From positions 131,682 to 195,681 of the forward strand of contig NMRA01000565.1 in assembly GCA_002633005.1 (NCBI GenBank): a DNA stretch of 64,000 bases. The letters run 5' to 3'. A program made the position numbers and the translations under genes. Under the pieces are notes generated by a model that did no database searches, was not told where the DNA came from, and saw only the letters and a program-made list of their open reading frames with translations. Source of the DNA: Phoronis australis (Eukaryota > Animalia > Phoronida). Below are positions 50,401 to 64,000 of the stretch, piece after piece (the stretch's first letter is position 1; each line of letters begins with the position of its first letter).

Positions 50401-53400
50401 TCATTAGAGACTGCCTTCTCCACGGACTTTGTGGACGTGTGCAAGAAGAGCCAGTGCCATAAAAAACTAAGGGGCAGAGAAACTGTCACATTTACTAGTG
50501 ATGACTTCATATTTAACACTAAGTATTTGGTCCCATGTGATCAGACATCACATGACTTCTTGAGTTTCCCATCAACAAAAGCGATGATCGGATTTCCTAC
50601 CCAAAATGAGTGCACTACACAGTGTTGCTGTATGTCATAAATCTCCATGTTTTCAAGCCCATTAACTTTGCAACCACATCTAAGTTATTACCAAACTAAA
50701 TTACATTTCACTCCCGAATTTACTGTGTTTGTGACTTTCAGGAATTTTACAACGAACATGGTAGAAAATTGCGTGGGTGTGAAATGGGTTCAAGAAACCC
50801 AGCATAGATAATTGGCAAGCGAGTCGTGATGATGAATAAAAGACTGTGGGAACGGGACAAGACTGATACTGCGGTTTGGAAGCCACTGTTTTCTGGGGTA
50901 GTAGGAAATTAGAGGCATTTGTAATGACTTTAACCAAGCTCTCTCTCATCCCTTACTGTGAGCATTGGTAGTATCTTACCAGATTTTCAAACCATGTGTA
51001 GGCAGAGTTTGCTCTAGAACCACATGTCCACTTAACCACTCAACTTTGATGGAGTATGGAGTGACTCACCAATAGTAGAGCATACTTACAATGCTTTGCA
51101 AATAGTCCTCCGATAGTCCCCAGCCTCACAGATATGAACAGTCTCAGGAAGGCAACAACCATAAATACAACTAAACACACATGTGCACACATGCATACTA
51201 GGAAACATGTACAATATTTGTGACACGGCATGTAGAAAGGTCCAGTATAATGCTTGTTTTGTTTTATAAGACCGTGATGTGAATCACCTCGGTTTTCAGT
51301 CAGTAGTTCCAATCAGTATGTGCAAGTAACTGAAGGTGTTTTGACATGTCTCTGTTTGGACACAAAATGCATGCCTGAAAATGGGTGACTGTGTCCTGGA
51401 CTTAAAAACTAGTCATGATGGAATGCTGATAATAAATTTGATATCGTATAAACTTTGTTCGCGAACTTTTTCTGTTCATGCAGTGAATAATTTGCGTACA
51501 AGAAAAACACGTATTTTTAAAGATGCAGAAATGTTCACCACTGCTTCTTCAGCCTTGTTCAGAGCGGCTAGCACCAGGATCAAAGCGAGTGCGGCGCCGA
51601 AGTCGGCTACAGTTGTGATGATCGCATTGTCCAGTGCCAGCACGACAATTACTCGGCCATAAGCTATAGTAAGCACTTGTACCTGTACATACTGGAGAAT
51701 TTTAAAATTCATAAACCAAAAATTTTTGTTAAAAATAAACATCACAGCAGAATTAAGTAGAAAAAATTAACGTAATATAGTTTTGGTTTTTAAAAACCAA
51801 TGCACTAATAGGTTAAAAATTACAAACAGTTGTTACTGAATGAAGATAAACAACTGTGCATACTGATATACTCCGAGGATTTACAAACAGTTATCGTAAT
51901 ATTCATATTTAACAATACCACGCGATTCATACTTTTAGTATACAACTAAACTACATTACGGCAAATAGGAACAACACACGGTGACCGAATTCGATGTCAA
52001 TAGCTTTTTGCCAGCGCTTATTGCCCAGTTGCCTTGAACTACTTTATTCGAGGACTAACGTGCTAACTGGAAAGCTGTGATAGTCGGTAATCGACTGGAG
52101 ATGACACACGTGTCGTGAAGATTAACTATGGCTAGCTTCAAATTCAACGAGAAATCCCAAGCAATAGATGAGGTGGGTCTGTGGGTGAGAGCTGACTTCA
52201 AAGTTTCACCGGCAATCAAAATTTGCCACTGATTTGGCACTTCAAGCTTGAAATAAAATCAAAAGATAGCAACCCAGCAGTAAACAAAACAAATTACACT
52301 GGAGTATTAAAAACGAAATGTCGAAAACAATTTCAAAACATATTTAAAACCAACCATTGTTCGGAAAATAGCCCTTTGTCAAGATGAACCCAAGTTTCCG
52401 ATTTCAGTTATTTTATAATATCTAAAATGTCATCAAACCCGCACTTTCGACATTTCAGGCTGTAACTGTGAGCAAATATCAGAGAATTTACCAATTTTGG
52501 TGTAATAACAGCCGCAACTGTTCAGAAAGTAGTGTAAGCCATTACCATTCTGCATCATTACTTGAATACTAAGGGTGTGCTGACTGGGCATTATAAAACA
52601 TATCTGAGAGCAAAGGGAATTTCAGCGGTGACCAATGTAAGCGAGAAATTATCCACATCTTTCCTTCGAACCAATGTGAATTTTAAAAAAATGTTAAACT
52701 AACAAGCTACGACACAAATTGTTGTGACTTCTGGAAGTGACATACAATCAATACAAAGCCTTTCCAAATCACTTGTCAATGGGCAATTGCCTCTTACCCA
52801 AACAATGGGAATCCTGGTTCAAGGCTCTATGTCCACAGATCTGATTATTCAACATAGCCTATATATCACCAGTGCTTACTTTTATTGTGAAAAAATTCAT
52901 ATGGGACAGTCAGAGTACGCAGACAAATCTCATCGCGAGAAAGCTATAATTTCAGTTAACAATAATGTCTACCCAATAAACAACGTAGACACAAGTTTAA
53001 TTTGAGATTCCACGAAACGGCCAAAACCACTTGTTATTTAAAAACTTGACAACGACAGACAACGTTATCAGTTGCGCGTCAATAACTGCACAGCCCTCAC
53101 TAACGAGAATGTTCCTGACATGTTATGCAAAGTAAAATGCAATGACCAATCGACAGTTGCACACTCGCTTGGACGAGAGCATTGCAAAAAAATTTAACAC
53201 ACGGAAGGATAGATTCATGGAAGAGTTGTTTTGAGGTCACTGGAAGCAAGAAGGTGACTCGGTCACTCATTCGGCGACACGAAACACATGTCTTTAAACT
53301 AGTAATTTCTTGGCAATTTATCAATGAAAAATAACTCCCAAGAGAATGATATTTTAGAAATAGTCACTAAACTACTCGAAATGTGACTTCAGTTTGATAA

Positions 53401-53699
53401 CTTACCCCAAACCGCCTTAAATCCGAACCTTTTCGACAATTCTTGTTGCGATTTTCACATATTCTGATAAACAAGGGAATCGACGATGTTTTGCATTGGA
53501 ATTAGGTCATCCAGGCATTGGCGGCCAACAAAGTAAGACGTGGCAAAGAAATGATTGTGTATAAATATGCATTTTTATGATTAATTATCCTATTTCTATA
53601 GCTTAAAATTAGAATAAACTTTGAATGACAACATAAATCTACAGAAAATTATAAACAAATTCTTAATAAAAAGTAGTATTAGGTATTAATTTTACTTAC

Positions 53700-54010
53700 A
53701 AGAATCCGGGCACTGTGGATTTTAAACCCTGGACAGCTGATTACGACCCTCGTCACTGCAAGTTGACCTCGTCGGTCTTCACCATGGTCTCCCTCCCGGC
53801 CGGCCCGGCCGGCATTTCTCCGAGCAGGTCTTTAAGCCGGCTTATCATGAGCTTTTGACACCGTAAAAGATTCGTTTTTGACGTTGAAAATGATCCCGGG
53901 TTTTGTTTTTACTCAAATCGGGGTTCTCAGTAACCATCCCGTGAAGCCCTGGGTGATATTTGAACAGTGAGTGCGGTGTGATGATACCGATGAGTCATCA
54001 CAAGCCGACG
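53700..54010 (-). promoter_or_regulatory. Candidate BBX promoter and non-coding first exon with uORF
   Basis: CpG-rich patch, donor |gtaagt at 53699, uORF 53848-53753, TGAGTCA site at 53991; the first BBX coding exon has an acceptor and so needs an upstream exon. Confidence 0.5.
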
Positions 54011-54237
54011 AGCGGTAGACCTACCTAATGTAACTTAAGCAAGAAGTTCCACTCAGGGCTCGTGGCAACTTCATGTCATGGTTTGTAAGCCGCATGCCTA
54101 AAAGCCGGTGCACATTCACACTGGCAGCCTAGTTGTTAGCCTCAGTAACCATCTGGATGCTTCAAAAACGAATTTTGATTTTTTTTACGCCGCTAATTAG
54201 GCAGACTCGAAATTAGGTAGACAATGTTTCGGCACGG

Positions 54238-54355
54238 CATGCGCGCACCCCCCNCCGAGGGGTCAAACGAGCACCCCGGCCCATTTGGCGAAGTGGGTAA
54301 AAAGGTACGCTCCAGAGAAACAAAAAGTCCGAGAACTTGAAACGAGACAAAAGTC
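54238..54355. repeat. MITE-end fragment; inverted relative at 56073-56219
   Basis: gcgcgcaccc...ccatttggcgaagtg...cagagaaacaaaaagtccgagaa...aacgagacaaaag is shared. Confidence 0.75.
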
Positions 54356-55077
54356 CACTAAAAAGACGAAAATCAGCTCTGAAACACCAGTTTGGAGTTG
54401 CACTAAGGTATGAACCCTACATATACATAGTGATGAACTATGGAGCTAAGACCACTGGGAGCATAGCCAACAGTGGAAGAAGCGTTGACATGGAAAGTGC
54501 TAATCCTTGAAAGGTGTTGTGGACACTCAATGCTGTCAATCAAGTGTGAAGATAGCAACATTGCTTTTACTTTGTAGATACATTGTATATTGCTTCCTGC
54601 TTTGAAAAAAGAGCTCCCATTGTGAGCTCACGTCTCCCTTCAGTTATGTGCTTAGGCTTCCTACCGGTAATAATCATTACAATGTGTGTGTCCAAACTTG
54701 AAATGTTCCCATTGACAGTGGGCGTCCAAATGATACATTGGAGAGGCGTCCTTGCCAGGGCGTCCAGATTAGTGCTAGGGCGTACGCTGCATAAAGGCCT
54801 GCTTAGAAACCTTACTGGTTTTATTTTTAAATGTAATAATAGGGAGCTGCATTAATATTTACTATGAGCTTTTTGTTTCATCCTGTATATGTTTTTGCGT
54901 ATTATTCTCTTTTTATTATGTTCTCCTATATTGCCGTGTGAATTTGTTCTTGCTTTTTTTACTTTTGGTGTTTATTCTGGATATCATGTTTCATTATGTC
55001 ATTGCTTTATAGTTAAAAGCCAGGATGCAATGGTTGCTTTATGGGGTAAATATTTGTACTTTAATATATTGTCATTT

Positions 55078-55153
55078 AATAATAATAACATTAACAATAA
55101 TAATTATTACTATTACTATTTATTATTATTACTATTACTACTATTATTATTAC

Positions 55154-55198
<45 letters not shown>

Positions 55199-55225
55199 CA
55201 TTACTATTATTATTATTATTATTAT
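55078..55225. repeat. (TTA/TAT)n microsatellite
   Basis: Long trinucleotide run producing poly-L and poly-Y ORFs. Confidence 0.98.
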
Positions 55226-55639
55226 ACATTTTATTTATAGAGTATGAAATATAATAGAATTAAAAACGTGTTTTAGCCAAAGGCTAATATGCAGCATGGT
55301 CCTCTCACAGCAATAAATTACATTAAATAAGTTAAGAAGAATTAAATTAGTTAAATTAAATTAAATGGATATCCTTTAAATTAATATCAACAAATTAAAT
55401 TTGCAACTTGATTTAAAAATAAGTTGTGTATCTAGGGAAAACAAAATTGTTTGAGGAAGAGTATCATGTCCTGGTAGTAATAAGTTATGAGATAAAAAGC
55501 GGGTACATTATTGTGAAAACGTTAATGCATCATACACATATGCCTGTATATAAAATATTTGTCAACAGGCATCCATCCCAGACTGTTAGACATATGAATT
55601 GATGGAGTGTCAAAAGGCACACCGCCTGCTCCTGAGCCT

Positions 55640-56820
55640 TAATAGGAGAGGTGGATTCAGGATTTTAAAAAGGGGGTCCAATCAAGAATTTTTTAAAAGG
55701 GGGTCAACAACTTAAAAATTCTAGATTTGATATCACTAAATCAAAGAAAAGAGGGAGGTCATGACCCCCTTGAACCCCCTGGATCCTCCTATGATTTGAA
55801 TAGGTAGGAAACTAAATATGCATTGCATTCTGACCACACAGTACTACAATAAACGACGAGAGAAAATATACAGGCGTTGAAATATTCAGACGCCCTCATG
55901 TGGGAAGAATTGGTGATAATATGCGCCGGAGAAGACCAAGACGCTGTCTAATTTTGGACACAGTATGACTAATATGACCAAACCGAAAATCAAGATACTC
56001 ACCAGAAATTTCATAAAAGTGTCATTCTTCTGTAGAGAAATCCCATAAAAAGGACACCCTTCCGTAGGAAACTTTTGTCTCGTTTTCTCGGACTTTTTTG
56101 TTTCTCTGAGGCGGTCCTTTTTGCTCACTTCGCCAAATGGGGGGGGGGGNNNNNNNNNNNNNNNNGGGGGGGGGGGGGAGGCTCGTTCGAGCTCCCCGAG
56201 CCCCCCCCCCGGGTGCGCGTGATAAAGGAAACTGATACGCACTTCACGCCGAGAAAGCCGGGCGAGAAAAGGTCGCATTTTGAAAGCCATAAACATAGCC
56301 CCGGGGCGTTAAAATGATCAATCTTAGAAATGGTAATGAATCTTATCCTTTGGTAGAGATTTGTGATGAAAATGCTACACTTTTGGATTGATTTCAGCCA
56401 AAATATTTCGGCGGACCCTTCCGTAGAGACTTCAGACGGAAAAGCTACCCTTCCTTAAAGAATCTAGCGGGAAAAGTGACCCTTCCTTGAGGCATATCCC
56501 GTATACCTCACATACGGAAGTACTAACCAAGCTTCACCCTGCACTGTCGTTCATGGGCTGCGCTGCACTGAAAAAAGTGGGGGGCTAAAGCCCCCTCATC
56601 CTCCCTGTGGTACATCGCCTTTAAACCATGTGCAGCGTAGCACTAGAAAAAGTGGAGGTCTATAGCCCCCCCACCGGCCCCCTATGGTGCGCCGCCCATG
56701 TATTTGGGTGCTCCCGATATGTGTATGCCCGGGGCCGTTGACCGGGATCGTTTTTCAAAGGCGAAAAAATGGCCCAGGTCATTTTTTCATGTGCGGTAAA
56801 ATGTATTGTTACACCGGCTC
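55640..56820. mobile_element. Cluster of nested MITE fragments
   Basis: G/C-run hAT-like ends, four acccttcc subterminal repeats (56057-56490), catgggc...gcccatg ends (56552-56700); N run at 56150-56165. Confidence 0.55.
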
Positions 56821-56959
56821 ACTACTCGCCAACAATCGGTTGAGTGTGGCAATGAAACCTCAACGCTGTCGGTTAAGAATTTGACATTGATCGCTAACTG
56901 CGTCGATGAAATGACAACACTACCTTGAAAAGTGACCTTGATTGTCTGTCTTAATCATG

Positions 56960-57240
56960 TCATTTTTTCATTGTCGTAAATACTCTCATTGTCTAGAGTC
57001 ATCTCTTAATTTATTTCATCTGTCTTAGTTAATTTTTTACCATTATTTGTCATTTAGTTATTGTCTTAATTCTCAACCTTAACTGTTTTAATTGTATATT
57101 TTTTACGTATATTTCATTGTTGTTTTATTACTTCATTGTATTATATTACTGTTTTTCTTGTTGAGGGCCCTCTTGGAAAGCAGTGCTATCACTGAAGAGG
57201 CCACCCTCATTTTAAATATCACAATAATAAATAAATAAAT
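56960..57240 (+). mobile_element. LINE/SINE 3' tail
   Basis: T-rich stretch, then a gaggg.cctctt...aagagg..ccctc hairpin and an (AATA)n tail. Confidence 0.5.
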
Positions 57241-58519
57241 AGATTGTGTGACCTTGTGGAGCGCCTAGGGGATCTCCCCTCGGTTGCCAAATTGCAGCTT
57301 ATCCGTCACCACACCAACTTTTGGCGTTCCCACAATCATTTTGCCGCTCTCCTCAATTTTTCTTTCGTGTCCCACTTTGAAGAAGCACTCGCTGGGCACG
57401 GAACACGAACCACAGTTCATTCCAAACTATTCGACATCCGACAGCCCTATTTTTATGCCAAGATCGGTAGAAACAATTCACCAGAGAATAGCATCATTTA
57501 TTGACGGGCTGTCAACATCCGTGCCGTTCACGACTGAATTCCCTTCGTTTGCCGCGGCCGCCACGAACGTTGTGGAGAAGCACAACACGTGAATTTGCAA
57601 TGAGACAAAATTTAATCACCGAGTAAATGGAACTTTTATGCCTTTTGGAGATGTGCAAAGACACACGAAACATGAACCTGTGTTCATATTTGATGTAGCT
57701 GAAGACTACATGTATTTGTGAGGTAGCCCCGCCCGGAGTCCGTAGTCTATACATGAAAAGGTAACGAAGACATCTGTACCTGTTGTGACATTTGAAGAGG
57801 CATGAAATGCGAAAGCTCGTCAAAATATCTATTAAACAATTCCTGACGAAAGTACCAACTCTCTACGTCTACTACAGAGCTATTCACTTTCCCTTGTGGG
57901 GGAATTTCGAGAAAAATCGCGAAATTCACGATTTTTAAAATACTCGTTTAGGGAAAACTCTGTAGTCAGCACAGAGTTAGAAACCTTAAACTGACCCACC
58001 TCAGCCACAGACGCAAAATCTGTCGGCTGAAAATGTTTTACAAGTATGATAAGAAGTCGGTGATCATCAACTCTGATGTTGCCCCTATCGCAGATCTTGC
58101 TGTCTCTGGCATCTGTACCAGAAGGTCATCCAATTATAGTATTCCGGCAATAAATAGGATAGATTACAGGAAAAAAGGTATTCTTTCTTAGAACAGTCGC
58201 GGATTGAACTAGCTTGCCGGGCTACATTACATCAGTGGCTTCTCTTGATATCTTTGTCAGCAAGCTGTCTGTCTTCATGAGTAACATGGTGGGGTGCCTC
58301 CATTTGGGCCACCCGCCTACTATCTGCCTTATCTGTAAACGGTCTAGCTATGTTAACCGATCTCTGAAGTGATGTTCACTATGAAAATATAACTTTGTAA
58401 AGCTGTTATAGTTATTCTCGTTTGTGTTGATCTTCAATGTTTTACAATGACATAATACTCTGGAGAGAGTGTGGTCAAAACCAAGAAGGAAGAAGGAATC
58501 TCTTTTCCACTGATGAATG

Positions 58520-58765
58520 TGCGCATGCGCCTAAAGTCATTCGATAAACAGACGAGATGGATATTTTAAACGACGGAATATGTGTGATTGCACTCCGAAT
58601 TTAAGGTCGACAACACGGCCGGTATGAGGCAAGGCAGTGAAGCAAGCGATTTCACAAAAACACTTCCAAGTGTATTTTGGAAAATATCTGAATAGGCTAC
58701 TAGGATACACTTGTGACTTGGGAATTGTATTAATTACCCGTTTTACCGGACTGGACGCTGCTTAA
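58520..58765. mobile_element. Kolobok-like terminal fragment
   Basis: Ends ctggacgctgcttaa, the inverted counterpart of ttaaagacagcgtccag at 13140. Confidence 0.4.
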
Positions 58766-60149
58766 AGTCGCCAGCGTTTTTAACACCAAAGGTCGAAGGT
58801 AATCTTTTACAAAATGTATGAGGAAATGTGCTACGTCTATGTCTTACCATACCAAATAAGGCAACGTGCTTTGCCTTGTGGGAGAAAATCGACGAAGAGA
58901 CGTTGACAGCTCGTTTTTTTCAAATTCGAAGCTAAACATCAACAGAAATTCAAATCTTTTACGAACGAACCATAAAAAAACCCCCGGTGAACAGGATGAA
59001 TTCTGTTTCAGTGGCATTGAACCAAACAGATATAGGTAGACCAAACAGACTGCAAATATTTCAATTCGTTCTCACCTATTGCACAATTGCTTCGTCAATT
59101 AAGCTTATTTACTATGACGAATTTCAGATATATGGACTTTGACAATTGGTTGTGTAATTAAAACCACTGACTAAAAAGTAGAGCCTGTGCAAAACAGCGG
59201 TTATGACCCGAACCATGAGCACTGCAGGTACTTTTGAAAGACGCTCAGGCCAACATATTGGTTATTTCTGACCCGTCCAAAGGACTATAGCAAACTTTTC
59301 TAATAGTATATTTGCAAAAAAATATTTCATGAATACGATTACAAAAAGCTTTTTAATGCAACACATCATGGCCAATCCATAACTTTCTTTAATTCACTCC
59401 ACTGTTTCTTGGCACTTGTTCTGCACTCATCCACCAGCTTTCTTACTCGTTGGCATGGCAACAGATACATGAATTAGTCTGAAAGCCAGCCCGAAAGCTT
59501 GGACGAATCCGCGAACATGTTAAACGGCTCTAAACATTCTTGTATATTTCTTTAACAGGGAAAATCTATTTGAAAACCTTATGTTATACAAAGGTATGAA
59601 AAATGAGACCATCAAATCTCGAGTGTACAAAAATGCTTTTCTTCTGAAAAAGAACACTGGGCGCTGGCCGTAAATTGCACCTATTTTTGTCAATTTGTAA
59701 TAAAATTACAAAAATGCAAGGGATTTTCTTGTTTTGTAGTAACTTCAAGAAGTCTGTTCTATTCAAGAAATACGTTTTCTGTCGTACAATCGATGTCTCT
59801 TAAAGATACACAGGGTTATATATTCATGTGAGCTATTCACTGAGAATTAGGCGTTACTAAAGTGATATACACAGGCGCACAGATAACTTGGAATATGCTG
59901 CTGACTACCTGAGGCGAATGGCCAAGATAATTTCGTAGACCGACACAGGAGAAGAGTGGCCCTCTCCACATCATGATGTTGAAATCTTTGAGAGGACCGA
60001 AGGAAGTTGTATCCCAACGCAATTTAGTGCAGCAATCGTTCCCGCGTATTGGAGGACAGTATAGAGCTGGCCAAATCTCAGTTGAATCGTAGCGCCAACG
60101 TCTTCCTTGCTTCAACTCAGATAGCACTGACTGAGGTAATGCGTAACTG

Positions 60150-60445
60150 CTATCTTCTCTGAGCAGGACTCGTCATAATCTCGTACTCGCTCGCGTTATC
60201 TTCTACACTTATACCGTCCAGTTTCTCATACTCTCCCTGTGAATCCCCCTCTCTATTTGCCAGTCCCTCATAAATGGAGGCTTGTGTCACGTTGACGTAC
60301 GCCGCGCCATCAAGCTTTAAATAGACAGGGGATTGCAATTCTGAGTAGGCTTCATTTTCTTGGCTCTGAGTTCCGACAGCTCGTTCAGGTGGATCCACCG
60401 TCTTTAGCTTTTCCAGCATAATTCCGTTGCGGCCAAGAGGCACTC
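60150..60445 (-). CDS. Terminal exon of a putative receptor/adaptor with a tyrosine-motif-rich tail
   Basis: tttgacag| phase 1; six Yxx(L/V/M) motifs in about 60 aa; TAG at 60150. Confidence 0.7.
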
Positions 60446-60812
60446 CTGTCAAAGTATAATGTTGTGGGTATCGTATAATGAAATATTCCAAGATTTCACA
60501 CTGAAACCAAACTCAGACATCCATTCTCTGAATAAAACTTGACAATGGTGGATGGTATACCGCCGAAACATGTCGCTGCATTTTAGAATGGTTGTTGGCT
60601 TTACTTGTTTTCGTCAGTGCAAGATCTTTCCGTATGAGCCCATTTGGGTTACAAATAAAGCTGTAATTAACATTTTATGGTTCGTAACGAAATTTTGGCA
60701 ACAAGTTATAGAGTATACTGTATAGTAATCGAAAAGATCATGTATATGAAAGTTTTTAGCGAGGTTTCGAAAACAAAACCGACATGAGTGCGGTTGTGGT
60801 GAAAATACTTAC

Positions 60813-60950
60813 CTATTAGCCTTGATGTCAAGTCGTTAATGGAAAGTTCCTCCATAGAGTTTGTTGCAAGCTGTTCTCCGCCGACTGCTGGACGAACAGG
60901 TCTACGCACTCGCAATCTCAATGACTCGAGCAAAGCAGCAACGTCTTTAT
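60813..60950 (-). CDS. Penultimate exon of the same gene
   Basis: ttttag|DKDVAALLESLRLRVRR...SRLI|gtaagt, phase 1-1, joins the terminal exon in frame. Confidence 0.65.
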
Positions 60951-61063
60951 CTAAAATTGAGGTTTGATTTGACACCATAGCGAGAGTAAGGAATTAAAAC
61001 AAGCAAAAGACAAATTATAAGAAAGAAATAAAAATTGTGGAAATGAAGTGTACTTTTGCTTAC

Positions 61064-61103
61064 CAGGTCTCCCGCATGAAGCACTTGTAAACTCCGTTTC
61101 AAC
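61064..61103 (-). CDS. Small upstream exon of the same gene
   Basis: ttgttag|VETEFTSASCGRP|gtaagc, 40 nt, phase 0-1. Confidence 0.55.
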
Positions 61104-64000
61104 CTAACAATAAAAAGTCTCATATTAATTCTCGATCCAAAGATTCAGCTTTTCATAGCCTTTGCTGCACACTGAACTTGGACGAATTTTTTTCAGTTTT
61201 GTTTTATTGTACTTTCTCAAGCGACGCAATAGCGACTCGGTTGCGCCCTGATACGCAACGTCGCTGCAAGACCTTCACAGACCCGAGAAAGTCAAGTGTA
61301 ATCATTAGATAGTACTACCGTCTCAACCGGCCCCATTATTATAGTGACCGTGGCAATTCCATAGGGCCACCATATGTCGGAAGCGGCTCGGCGAATTATG
61401 CCTCACACTGATTAAATCAACAACGTCACGTTGGTTTCAAAACATTTTGTGCACAGAGGGACATCTTAGGAATCCATTGATGTCTTTTTAAAGATATCAA
61501 CGAAGTTATATGAATTTGCATGCCCCAAACAATGTATAGCGGGAACTCAACGCCATCGGTATTTGAACATCATCTACGCTAAACAAAATGTAATTCTATC
61601 CATGGACAACTTGAAAATGTGAAAATAAAAAAAATCTGCAAATATGTGACCTTTGTACTAATGACGTACCTTGGACGCTCACAAAACCCGCATCATACAG
61701 TGTTATTCTCCACCACGATACATGGTATCAACTGCGCTCACAGTTGATACAGAACAACTCACATTTACACGAAACAACTTAAACCTGGAACAACTGGCGA
61801 CCAAATTCAGTGGAATGAAAACGAGAGAACATCTTAAAACATTTTCCCAGCGTATGGGCAGGGATTGATTTCAAGCTCGCTTTGACACAAAGATAAAACT
61901 ATATACACGTTCCAGTGCGGAAAATACCTTCACGTTATGCAAGATTACGCTGATCTCGTTAAGATGCTGTTTGCTTCCCCTGCACCGCCCTCACCGCCCT
62001 GAGATGAGTATGACATTCTATTTTTCGCTTCCACTGCGATAGGAGGTCACAGATGCCATCTGTCTCCCTCCGGTCGCTAGCGAACTCACGTCTCCGCCGT
62101 CCCTTAGTCGTCACCGATGTCACGGTGTCCCAATCCGGTCGCCACCAATTTTTGCGCCCTGCTACCCCTATTTAACTAGTACGCCAACACTGGCGTAGTG
62201 ACCTTACTTTGATCAGGCCAGGTTAAGTCTAAGGCCACACAGAATGAGAACGGGTAAGATTCGACGACAATTTTGGTAACTAAATGGCCGAAGTGACTGC
62301 CGCAAATGGTATTCGGTAGTTCATTGGAGTTGTTTTGAGTAGATAAAGTACAGAAATTTAGTCTTAGCTCCTAAGGAGTTCGTGAAATGACCTCACCGTG
62401 TTGTTTGTACTCGTGGCAACGTATGCGCTGGATGCAACTTCCGATGTCTGATGTAAAGATGGCCGCGCCGGTCGTGTGGCACATGATCGACAAAAACTAA
62501 ACAAAAAAGTAGCCCGTTGAGTTATATTTTAATACAGAGAGCACAGTATCACAATATCATTTTCAGCCATTGCACCGTTTATCATTCATCAATGAGATGT
62601 ATATTTAACCACGGCAATATACGAAATAAAGATAATCTGTCTTGTCAAAAAAAGTTGCGTCAAATATTCCCAACGTGGTGAAATTCTATATTTTGCCGAA
62701 ATGCAGGGGATACAATACGTTGGGAACGTAACGCTGAGATTGGGTGTAATATTCAATTTTTGGTTTACACTCGTCCGCATTTTACCAGTTCTATATGAAT
62801 TTAAATTTAAGATGACAGTTCAGATTAAGCGATTATGGAGATTACTATTTTGGCTAACACAACACGGCAAAATCAGCGACCTTAACTAGCAACCAAAATC
62901 CAAATTCATCTTCAGCAAGCACACCGAGAAACGATTCCAATAACTTCTTGTCTTTGGGCTCTACACACGGCGCATACAAACACTCTTTCTACTGAGAATT
63001 TCCCCAACCAGACATCAAATGGTGTAATTATATGCCCATGGGTATGGACCACTTATTAGAGATACAGTTAAAACTTCTTATAGTAGCCGGGGGTGTTTGT
63101 TGTTTTAGACGTGCGCCAGACTCGTCTTCTCTTTTGGAGACTTGGCATTTATTTATTTCAGTCCTACGGGAGGAAAACGCAAAACATCGTACAATAAGGC
63201 AAACGAAAAAAAAAACGCCTTAGCCAATCGTGGTCTCTAAGGTAGTATCCTATTATAGCGTGATGTTATGAATGCTTTTACAAACCGCTTGCTACTTTGT
63301 TTTTTCCAAGACGGCATCCAAACAATATGGAGACACGCCCTATAAAGGCAGGACGCCCCTATTAGAAGGGTGCCTCTGTTAGAGGGGGCTTAACGGTATG
63401 TTTCCCAAAACAAATAGTGTCAGGGAGACACAGAATACTGTTGGTACGTTTTGACATGTCTACATATAATCTTAACTGGCAGTAGCCTCATTACCATTAA
63501 ATGTTTAAAGCAAATACCGGCTTCTTCCAGATGCAGACAGCAAGAGGAATTGTCTTCTCATGAGAATCAGTATAGTGGCGAGCAACAAAATGAGCACTGC
63601 ACATACTGAGATGGAAATGGCAACTTTTGCATCACATGTCAAGCCTTCGTGTGGACTGGGAACTGAAAATACAGATCGGATGCATTATTACAGAAACTGT
63701 ACTGCTTCACAACCAGCATTTGAATGTTAAATGTTATAAACTGGATACAATATTGTATATGTAAATGTCTAGCATCCTTCAAGGTATTTGAGAGTAAGAC
63801 GTTCAATAGTGAGGCGAAAAATTGGTCGGACAGGCACAAGAAGCCCTTCAACATTTAAGTATGTGAGAAAATTGGAACATTGTAAACTGTTGCGACACAC
63901 TACAGAAAAGAAATTTAAAACGATGCGTACCTCCTGTTTCCCTTGTTGTCCCAACGGAAGACTCTTAAAATATAAAACAGTCTGATTGAGGAATGTTACA

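Noticed and set aside
51033-51815. piggyBac-like MITE bounded by TTAA
   Set aside because: The ends are not convincingly inverted repeats.
54889-55254. Poly-Leu and poly-Tyr ORFs
   Set aside because: Translation of the (TTA)n microsatellite.
57244-57823. Overlapping about 100-aa ORFs
   Set aside because: No recognisable domain or consistent exon structure.
63931-63963. 33-nt candidate upstream exon of the tyrosine-motif gene (aag|...GAG|gtacgc)
   Set aside because: Open in all three frames and its connection cannot be determined without transcripts.

Overview
AT-rich, intron-rich animal DNA, probably from a marine invertebrate (the taxon is an inference). It is not prokaryotic and holds no CRISPR array or operon. 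Most ORF-track entries are spurious, and the real genes had to be rebuilt from splice signals. There are three minus-strand genes. (1) A complete 9-exon BBX (bobby sox) HMG-box gene, CDS 26653-36837, about 565 aa, with a candidate GC-rich leader exon about 17 kb upstream that carries a 31-aa uORF. (2) The first two exons of a short-chain dehydrogenase resembling HSD17B14 (7061-6971, 5242-5204), which the ORF track misses. (3) The last exons of a protein with a tyrosine-motif-rich tail (60150-61103). The rest is transposon debris: LINE 3' remnants, many MITEs, THAP-bearing relics and minisatellites. The main highlight is a non-autonomous element present twice (9679-11543 and 34549-36502) with CAC...GTG ends, about 172-bp TIRs and exact 5-bp target-site duplications, the Transib/RAG-like signature. 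Each copy carries a different nested MITE, and the window contains the matching empty sites. Other highlights are a MITE whose TIR has been amplified into a 91-bp satellite and a minisatellite that copies a BBX splice donor.
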